A stretch of DNA of 64,000 bases, from UHGV virus genome UHGV-1351772. One strand, written 5' to 3'. The stretch is from a virus. This document shows, one piece after another, positions 56,696-64,000 of the stretch (positions within the stretch are counted from its first letter, which is position 1; every line of letters starts with the position of its first letter). Position numbers and translations under genes: made by a program. The notes beneath the pieces are model-generated. The model was not told the origin of the DNA and did not search any database. It saw nothing but the letters and a program-made list of their open reading frames with translations.

Positions 56696-59413
56696 ATGGA
56701 CGATATTTGTAAATTAACGGGCGACCCCGCCGTAGCTGCAATTCTTCGTAAAACTACGGGCCCAGCACCCCAGCAACAACGCGGTACGCGTAGCGAGGGT
56801 GGTTCTACGCCAACACGTCAGGAACTTGCAGGAATTGTAAGTTCGCGTATTCGTACTATCAAAAATGCGGAACGTATCTTTGATGCGTTACCTGAACTCG
56901 AAACGATTGTTACCATTGCAACTTCGAGCTTGCTGTCGACAAAAGACTTAATCAACACCACGTTGATTTACGACAACATCGCAGACATTCCAATTGACTT
57001 ACGCAATGACCTACTGACACCAACGCGTGATTATCATGATAACGTACGTCAATTACCTAAGAAATTATATCAGTGGATTTACGACGCGTTAAAAACAAAA
57101 GGCGCAAGTCCAGTGATGATAATCTCGGACAACGGATTTGACCAGTTGTTCGGTTTAGACGCCAAAGTCGCTACCGAGTCCGTACGTCATTCTCAAGCTG
57201 CCTTTTTCGAAGACCAGCTCGGTATTCTCGGCCCAATCAACGGGCAAGAAGACGGGCAACGCGTAGGTGTGGAATCTATACTGAGTCGTGTTCGTGGCCC
57301 TGTTAAAGGACCACAGTCGCTGAAAATCAATTTCAGTAACCACGATAAGATGTTCTCAGATAAGTTCGAAATGGACATCTCGATCACCGACAACCCACGT
57401 ATCACGTTACTACCCCATGCTTATCGTCGAATCGCTCATGAGAACGCACGTACTGGTCTCTACGGCCAATTAGAGCAAGCCGCATATGAAAAGCCTGCCA
57501 CACCGACAGGTGCTACGCCGTATGAAGTTAATCAACAGTTTAACGATCGTCAGCGTGACGCGGCTGAAAAAGGCTTCATTAACTTAGGCGATCTGAACGA
57601 AGCGTACAAAGGTACACCAAAAACTCAGACTTATGGTGATATTCCGATTATTTCGATGAATGAAAACAACCAAATCGAATATTTCGAATGTCTATTGCCT
57701 GCTGAGTCTACCGCACCGTTGGTTATCGGCGACGACGTTCGTAACCCTATTGGGTTTCTGACCATTATTGACGATATGGGTAACTTCATCAACTCACGTT
57801 CTTCACTTTACGGGGACGCGAACTTTATGAACTACCTTAATAACGACGGCATGACGGACAGTATTATCAACCGCTCTAATTTAGGTTTGGGTAATACCTC
57901 TCGTATAACGCCAGAGATCGCCAACCGTTTAAGTGCCCGTTGTAGCGAGATTGCTGAGAACGAATTTACCCGTGCGTTAAGCCAGGCATTGGGTGGAGCT
58001 GAAATCAGCATGAAAATTACCGAAACTTTCGGTCGTATTCTGCTGGCACGTCACCTCGCAAAACGTCACACACAGGTTGTCTATATCCCGGCTAATAACT
58101 TGTGCTACTTTGCAACGGACTTTAACGAAGATGGTATTGGGGTGTCTATCACCGAACGTTCCTTTATCATCTCTACGGTCAGGATGGCACTGTTGTTCGC
58201 AACGATGAACTCCTCAGTGTTGAACTCAGCACGTCACATGCAATACGACATTGAGTTATCGCCAGACGATATGAACGGTCAGAAAACGGTTGACCAAGTT
58301 AAATCAGATATTCTCAACTCCTATAACCGTCGTTTACCGATGTGGGGTGATATCAATGACGCTTGGTCAATGGGGGCTAATGCCGGGATTGCATTTAACG
58401 TGACGGGTAATGAATACTACGCCAGTCATAAAGTGTCGGTTTCGGACACAACGCCTGAGTATAAAGTGCCCGATCAACAAATCGATGAAAACTTACTCCG
58501 TCGTACTTGTCACATCGCGTGTGTAGACCCGGATCTTGTTTTGACGCCGGAAAACCTGGAATTTGCTTCACAGATTTATTCCAAGTCACTGCTGGTGACT
58601 CAGCAAATCGTGAAAAAACAAGAAATCCTATCTACGCCGTTAACACGCTACGTGACAAACAGTTTGCAAGCCTCTCCTAAGTTACAAGCAGAACTGATTC
58701 GTGTTATCGTTGAATATATTCGCAATCAGAATCCTAATGTAACAGGTGAAGACTTGACCAAACAGACGTCAGAGTATCTGGCGAAGTTCATCAATGGCAT
58801 GAAAGTCACCTTACCACCACCAGACACATCAGCTTCTTCTTCACAAGCGGATCTGTTTGATAAACGCTATGAGTTCATTGAGAAACTGGCGGATCTGGTT
58901 GTTACCGACGACATTTCGAATATGCTTCAGAATGAAGGTATCGAAATGCAGCCTGATGATCTCAAGACGATGATTAAATCGTTCTATACGCGTAACTGGC
59001 TGCGTAATCAAGGTATCGAAACCGATCTGTTTGATTTGATCTACGACGAAGATAAACGTGGTGAAAACGTCAAGATGATTTCTGATGAAATCGCAGCAGC
59101 ATCGAAGACGCTGATTCAGTTAGCTAAACGCACAACAGGTAAAGTTGAAACCTTAGCAAAAGCGGCTGATTTGAATCCTGAGGACGCCAATAGCTTCGGC
59201 GGGGGTAGCGACTTCGGTGGCGGCTCTGAAGACGACGGTGGCTTAGGGGGCGATGAGGACTTAGGTGGCGACGATATGGGCGGTGATGAAGACTTGGACA
59301 TGTCTGATGATGAAACGACGGAAACCGATACGACAACGGAAGAAGACGTTTCTGCTGAAGACACAGACGAGACGGATACCGGTACAGACGACAACGCCGA
59401 CGAAACTCTCTAA
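56696..59413 (+). CDS. large hypothetical protein with poly-acidic C-terminal tail (possible virion protein)
   Basis: 905 aa; GGAGA RBS; last about 80 aa are D/E/G/T-rich repeats; followed by a strong terminator. Confidence 0.55.
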   Translation: MDDICKLTGDPAVAAILRKTTGPAPQQQRGTRSEGGSTPTRQELAGIVSSRIRTIKNAERIFDALPELETIVTIATSSLLSTKDLINTTLIYDNIADIPIDLRNDLLTPTRDYHDNVRQLPKKLYQWIYDALKTKGASPVMIISDNGFDQLFGLDAKVATESVRHSQAAFFEDQLGILGPINGQEDGQRVGVESILSRVRGPVKGPQSLKINFSNHDKMFSDKFEMDISITDNPRITLLPHAYRRIAHENARTGLYGQLEQAAYEKPATPTGATPYEVNQQFNDRQRDAAEKGFINLGDLNEAYKGTPKTQTYGDIPIISMNENNQIEYFECLLPAESTAPLVIGDDVRNPIGFLTIIDDMGNFINSRSSLYGDANFMNYLNNDGMTDSIINRSNLGLGNTSRITPEIANRLSARCSEIAENEFTRALSQALGGAEISMKITETFGRILLARHLAKRHTQVVYIPANNLCYFATDFNEDGIGVSITERSFIISTVRMALLFATMNSSVLNSARHMQYDIELSPDDMNGQKTVDQVKSDILNSYNRRLPMWGDINDAWSMGANAGIAFNVTGNEYYASHKVSVSDTTPEYKVPDQQIDENLLRRTCHIACVDPDLVLTPENLEFASQIYSKSLLVTQQIVKKQEILSTPLTRYVTNSLQASPKLQAELIRVIVEYIRNQNPNVTGEDLTKQTSEYLAKFINGMKVTLPPPDTSASSSQADLFDKRYEFIEKLADLVVTDDISNMLQNEGIEMQPDDLKTMIKSFYTRNWLRNQGIETDLFDLIYDEDKRGENVKMISDEIAAASKTLIQLAKRTTGKVETLAKAADLNPEDANSFGGGSDFGGGSEDDGGLGGDEDLGGDDMGGDEDLDMSDDETTETDTTTEEDVSAEDTDETDTGTDDNADETL

Positions 59414-59438
59414 ATAGCAAAAAAAATAATTCGAGCTT

Positions 59439-59479
59439 ACTCCGACCCCAGAAGGGTCGGAGTGGCTTTTCTTTTTTTC
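59439..59479. terminator. bidirectional rho-independent terminator
   Basis: Stem ACTCCGACCC / GGGTCGGAGT, T-run downstream on plus strand and A8 upstream. Confidence 0.7.
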
Positions 59480-59777
59480 ACCACGCTATCTCGTCTTTCT
59501 TAATAGCAAGGTCTAGCATCACTCCTATTGCTAAGGGATCGTTATCGTACGCCGTCAGTTTCGCTAACAGTTCCGACTGACCTGATTTCTTGACGGCTTT
59601 CAGTAGCTCATTGCGGGCATTATAGTAGATAAGCCAGTATCTACCGTGATTGATTTTGGTGTTTGAATGCTCTAATAAGTAGCGATTAAACTCCATGGTT
59701 GCTTTGGTTTCAGGTAACTCAAAACGAAAACGTGGGCTACGTTCGTAGTCTACATTAATAACGACATATTTAATCAT
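59478..59777 (-). CDS. hypothetical protein
   Basis: 99-aa ORF. Confidence 0.45.
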   Translation of the reverse strand: MIKYVVINVDYERSPRFRFELPETKATMEFNRYLLEHSNTKINHGRYWLIYYNARNELLKAVKKSGQSELLAKLTAYDNDPLAIGVMLDLAIKKDEIAW

Positions 59778-59815
59778 TTCCTCATTCCCTCACTATAGTG
59801 GGCGGCTATAATAAA

Positions 59816-59854
59816 TTGGGGAATAAAAATAAAGGAGGAGAGCCGAAGCTCTCC
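59816..59854 (-). terminator. rho-independent terminator (minus strand)
   Basis: Stem AGGAGAGC / GCTCTCCT, loop CGAA, T-rich run on the minus strand. Confidence 0.55.
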
Positions 59855-59864
59855 TGTGGGGCGA

Positions 59865-60113
59865 TTAGACAATAGCGGCAATACGTTCTTCTAACAACAA
59901 CTTCTCTGCGGCCATTACCTCCAGTTCCGCAGTGATCAGTTTCACTTGGCGATCGTCAATGAAAATTGGGCGTTTTTCAATGAACTGTTCGCGTTCGTGC
60001 ATCCGAACTTGGAGTTGGTATAACTCCAGATTAAGCTGTTGCTTTAAACGAGCGGCGGTATCAATCTCCTTTAACTCAATTTTTGTATTACTGTAATCAA
60101 CATAGGCTGCCAT
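59865..60113 (-). CDS. hypothetical coiled-coil protein
   Basis: 82-aa ORF, helical/charged. Confidence 0.45.
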   Translation of the reverse strand: MAAYVDYSNTKIELKEIDTAARLKQQLNLELYQLQVRMHEREQFIEKRPIFIDDRQVKLITAELEVMAAEKLLLEERIAAIV

Positions 60114-60157
60114 GATACTGTCCTGTGGTGTCTATAGATTAGGGGGCACGAAGCCCC

Positions 60158-61810
60158 TTAGTAACGCACCGGTGCGGTAATTTCACCATTGCTAAGCAGT
60201 GTATAGGATACCGACGGGGTAGCCAGCTTCACAATAGCTTCAGGTGCGCGTTGGTTAATTGCTTCATAGATACCGACAATAGGTTCAAACGCATTACCGA
60301 AGGAGGAAATCTCTACGATATTGCGTCCTTTTGCAGACGGGTAATCCGCAGGCAGCTGGATAGTGTAAGTTACGCGGCAAATTTCAATAGCACGATCGTT
60401 AGATTTCAGACGGAAGTGCAGCTTACGAACAGAACGTGCAACCAGCAAGCACAGTTCGCGGAAGAAATCTGCAGCCGTGGTTACGCCATTTTCACCGATA
60501 GTGCGCGGGAACAGCGTGTCACGGAAGTATTCGAGATCGCTTAAGTTACAATCGAATTGTACAAATTTCGTACCTGGAATTCCTTTACCGTAGTTTGTCG
60601 CAACAGAAATCGCGTTATGAACCAAAACAGTGAGTGTTGCGTTAAACTGCTGACAAAACTCCACACAGCTTTGTTTCAGTGTATCCGGCTCCTCTGCCTG
60701 AGTATTGAAATATTGCAGTAGGCGCTCAGACATTTTACGGATGCGGAACACCTCATCGATCGTACGCTTCAGCATTTCTTCCGGATCGTCAATATCGCGA
60801 ATATCTTCGATACCATCGATTGCCTGGCGGGTGGCAGTATAAAATTCTTGAAGGTAAGTTTTGCTCGAATTCGTACTCACCATCGGGAACAATTTATACT
60901 CGCTTTCGGTTTTCACCATCACATCCGCTTCATCATAAACGCAATAATCGACGTCTTCATTATCGATGATTTCGTCAACCTTTTCTGACCAATTGTGATG
61001 GCTAGAATACGGTGAATTCTTGATGCGTTCATTGAGTTCTTTCGGCGTAAGAATATTTTTCTTAATCTGTTCTCTAAGTTCGTGATCTAAATAGTCTTCC
61101 ACAATTTCCACCCGGAAATGATCGATGATAGGTTTATTGTAACGTTCGACAAGTTCTTCGATAGTTTTCTCGTCGAGCTCACGCGGTTTGTTAGCTTCCA
61201 CCATAGACTGCGAAACAGTCGGTTTAGGCTGTGCCTGTTGCACGGGTTGCTGTGCAGGTTGTTGTGCAGGCTGGCCGAAGTTACCTTGCGGTTGCGGTGA
61301 TTGTTTCTGTGCCGCTGTGCGCGGATCGTAAGTTGACATTGGGATAGAACCCCCTTGTACCGCTGGTGCTGGTTGTGGACTACCATAGCCGCTGCCTGGG
61401 AAGCCAGACGCTGGCATCGCTAAGCTCGGAGACCCACCCATTGCTGGGCCACCAAAAGTGCTCGATTGCGCCATAAGCTGTTTAGCTTGCACCGCATACT
61501 GATTCGCCGTACGGAATTCCTGTTCCAGCTGGCTGTGAATACGCGGGTCCAGTGGCTGCATACCACGTCCCAGTAAGTCACTATACAGCGTCGATTTAAA
61601 AGTTGCCAGAATCGCCGATGCAGTTTCGTTATCTGGACGACGGTTGTATACAAACCACGTGGCGACGGTAACGGCATTATCCATGTATTTGTCGTCATTC
61701 AATCCAGCAGCACGTGCTTGATTACAAAGATACGATAAAAGTTCATCACGACCACTGGAGATCGTGCTATAGATGTGGTTACGAATTACGTCTTTATTGA
61801 CAGTTGCCAT
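60158..61810 (-). CDS. hypothetical protein with Q/P-rich low-complexity linker
   Basis: 550-aa ORF; QPAQQPAQQPVQQAQPKP segment. Confidence 0.55.
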   Translation of the reverse strand: MATVNKDVIRNHIYSTISSGRDELLSYLCNQARAAGLNDDKYMDNAVTVATWFVYNRRPDNETASAILATFKSTLYSDLLGRGMQPLDPRIHSQLEQEFRTANQYAVQAKQLMAQSSTFGGPAMGGSPSLAMPASGFPGSGYGSPQPAPAVQGGSIPMSTYDPRTAAQKQSPQPQGNFGQPAQQPAQQPVQQAQPKPTVSQSMVEANKPRELDEKTIEELVERYNKPIIDHFRVEIVEDYLDHELREQIKKNILTPKELNERIKNSPYSSHHNWSEKVDEIIDNEDVDYCVYDEADVMVKTESEYKLFPMVSTNSSKTYLQEFYTATRQAIDGIEDIRDIDDPEEMLKRTIDEVFRIRKMSERLLQYFNTQAEEPDTLKQSCVEFCQQFNATLTVLVHNAISVATNYGKGIPGTKFVQFDCNLSDLEYFRDTLFPRTIGENGVTTAADFFRELCLLVARSVRKLHFRLKSNDRAIEICRVTYTIQLPADYPSAKGRNIVEISSFGNAFEPIVGIYEAINQRAPEAIVKLATPSVSYTLLSNGEITAPVRY

Positions 61811-61849
61811 TATTATACTCCTGTTACGTCTTTTCTATAATTTAATTCG

Positions 61850-63625
61850 TTAACGGCCAATCTTCGCAATGTCTTCTTCGGTTGCTTGGATCAACTCGTT
61901 GAGTTTTGGATTACGTACCATCACCAGTTGGGTGTTCGTCTTCATATACGGATTGAGAATACCCGATTTGAACGGTGATGATTTCGGAATGTAATACACG
62001 TTACCACATTCCAGATGAGATGCAGAGGCATGTTTTGTCCGGTCATTAAGGTTAACCGTCTTACCGCCCTTGCTGTTACGTTTTGATTCTGTTTCTGTCT
62101 GGCTGATAGCATGGGTTGAAACCCCCAGCACCATAGACTCGGTAGAAGCGTTGAAATAACTTACACCGCCATTGCCGGTAATGTTGCGTAATACCAGGCT
62201 GGTTACAATGTCTTTATTCAACGCACTGCGTATCATGTTCGCACAAGACTCCGGTGTTCGATTTTCCGTTTGTCCCAAGTGGAAACGAATCGCTGCGATG
62301 GTAGGCGTAAAGCCACGCTCACCCAATAACAGGTAATCTGTTACGGTCAGACGTTTTCCATACATTGACGGAATATCACCTTGTTTCGTAAGGCGCGTTC
62401 TCACCATCAACTTCGTCGCGTACCAGAAGAAATCAAACATATCCATATCGTCCGGGATATCGGGATCTGACATCATTAACTCGCCACGGAATGTTGAGTT
62501 AACGTAACGTTCACACTCCGTATAGTGCTTCGTCATGCTGTGTGCCAGTTCAATATCGGACGGTTTAAGTCCAACAATACTTCTCCCCAAAATCTCCCGC
62601 CAAATTGCGGAGGAATTCAGGTTTACAACATCGTCCTCCATTGCAAGTTCGTTAATCGCGGTAAACAACGGCGGTAAAGGAACAACGTTGCCGCTTTTAA
62701 TCGCTTGCTTTCCGCAATAATAGTGCGCTGCTTTAAAGAATGCAGAAATCGCCACGAGTAATAAGTGCTCGTTTTGATCCCATCCCGCTTTATCGAGATT
62801 TGGTAAAGCCTCTGCAGGAACCGTCACTACGTACATAATCGACCGATTATGTTTAGGCTCACCTGAACTGATTACTACTTTTTTATCGAGATCGATTTCA
62901 GGTACTTTGAATGCAGGATATATCTCCACATCCACGCCAGTATAACGTTTGATGGCTTCCTTAAATCCATAACGTCCGAATAGCCAGTACATTAACGGCT
63001 TTTCGTCCGTGTCAGGATGTGTGGCGTTTTTGGCTTTAAACAAATTGTTTGTTCCGGGTAAGAACAACTCTTCTTTCTTCCCATTCACTAAAATCCGTAC
63101 CGGGTGCTTACAGAATTTTAATGACGCTTTACGTTTAAAGTCAAAATTAACAAACACCCCGCCGTGCTCACGACAGATACCCGGCTGATGAATAACAGGT
63201 GCAACATGATACGTTGTTCCGTAATAGTTCATCAACCCACCACGACGAATGAAAGGCAAGTTAATCGGTCTTGAGATTGGTCTTGAGTCTCCAGGAATAC
63301 GGAACGACGACATGACCATATACGCATCGGTATTCGCGATAGACATCACCCCACGACGCTTATCCATCCTGCTGCTCTCTGAACGAGACAGCTTATAGAT
63401 AAAAGTTTCGAACGGCGACATTAAACGAACACCCAACACGGCCAAGCCTTCAGGAACACGAGGGTTCTCTACAGGATGGTAATCTAGCTCACGTTTCAAG
63501 ATACGATGTACACGATCGTGAATACCATCTTTGGCTTGTGTATAACCGACTCCTTCCGCAATCGCACGGTTAAAGGGTACTATTTTACCACTCTCTTTAA
63601 GCTTTTTGATTGCATCTTTAAACAC
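61850..63625 (-). CDS. large hypothetical protein
   Basis: 591-aa ORF; no Walker or other motif recognised. Confidence 0.55.
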   Translation of the reverse strand: MFKDAIKKLKESGKIVPFNRAIAEGVGYTQAKDGIHDRVHRILKRELDYHPVENPRVPEGLAVLGVRLMSPFETFIYKLSRSESSRMDKRRGVMSIANTDAYMVMSSFRIPGDSRPISRPINLPFIRRGGLMNYYGTTYHVAPVIHQPGICREHGGVFVNFDFKRKASLKFCKHPVRILVNGKKEELFLPGTNNLFKAKNATHPDTDEKPLMYWLFGRYGFKEAIKRYTGVDVEIYPAFKVPEIDLDKKVVISSGEPKHNRSIMYVVTVPAEALPNLDKAGWDQNEHLLLVAISAFFKAAHYYCGKQAIKSGNVVPLPPLFTAINELAMEDDVVNLNSSAIWREILGRSIVGLKPSDIELAHSMTKHYTECERYVNSTFRGELMMSDPDIPDDMDMFDFFWYATKLMVRTRLTKQGDIPSMYGKRLTVTDYLLLGERGFTPTIAAIRFHLGQTENRTPESCANMIRSALNKDIVTSLVLRNITGNGGVSYFNASTESMVLGVSTHAISQTETESKRNSKGGKTVNLNDRTKHASASHLECGNVYYIPKSSPFKSGILNPYMKTNTQLVMVRNPKLNELIQATEEDIAKIGR

Positions 63626-63635
63626 GCCATGCTCC

Positions 63636-63878
63636 TTACGTTAGCATCCCTATAAATGCGACACCCGCCGCCAAATACGCAGGGACAGATTTAAATAGGT
63701 CTGAGCCGTCCTTACGAATGTAAGAACGCGTCTCGTAGAATTCTTTACGCGCCTCAGCCCGTGACTTCGCTTCCAATTCCTGTTGCTTGAATGCTAAAGT
63801 CAATCGCTCCTTTTCTAAAGCCATGCTCTGTAGTTGTTTCTTGTGTTCCAATTCTAGCTTGTCTTTTGCCGAATCCAA
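63636..63878 (-). CDS. small protein with C-terminal membrane anchor
   Basis: 80 aa; charged coiled N-terminus, hydrophobic C-terminus (VPAYLAAGVAFIGML). Confidence 0.45.
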   Translation of the reverse strand: MDSAKDKLELEHKKQLQSMALEKERLTLAFKQQELEAKSRAEARKEFYETRSYIRKDGSDLFKSVPAYLAAGVAFIGMLT

Positions 63879-64000
63879 GCTTTCTAATTTTTCTTTGTAC
63901 TGCTCCTCTAAACGCTGCTTAATCTCAAAGAGACCGGGAACTGCTTCTTGCCATCGAAACGCGTCCGCCGCTGCCTCGTCCTTAAATAATCTAAACGGTG

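Noticed and set aside
59781-59805. CCTCACTATAGTGGG resembling the T7-class promoter core CTCACTATAGG
   Set aside because: It is part of a short palindrome (CACTATAGTG), occurs once, and no single-subunit phage RNA polymerase gene is recognisable in the window; likely coincidental.

Overview
This 64-kb window reads as a compact segment of a large tailed dsDNA bacteriophage genome, probably with an enterobacterial host (the Dam methylase is very close to E. coli Dam from memory). Genes are tightly packed with short overlaps and frequent hairpin-plus-T-tract terminators. A plus-strand block (1-10.7 kb) holds a large fibre-like protein, a coiled-coil fibre protein, and an operon of three cysteine-rich peptide genes followed by two radical-SAM enzymes and accessory ORFs. 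A long minus-strand block (10.7-54.5 kb) holds two lysins, a tail-fibre module (a 1519-aa fibre with a C-terminal intramolecular-chaperone domain, an esterase tailspike, glycine-rich paralogs, a six-member small-protein family), many small hypothetical genes, Dam, a thymidylate-kinase-like protein, three GNAT acetyltransferases and a RuvC-like resolvase. The last 10 kb holds large proteins of unknown function. No rRNA, tRNA or CRISPR array was recognised by eye. The most unusual content is the phage-borne radical-SAM/Cys-rich-peptide cluster next to the fibre genes, three 10-nt G/C homopolymer tracts (one inside the tailspike coding sequence), and a conserved promoter-like motif with hairpin repeated four times. 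All calls rest on motif reading and ORF structure only; no database search was run.
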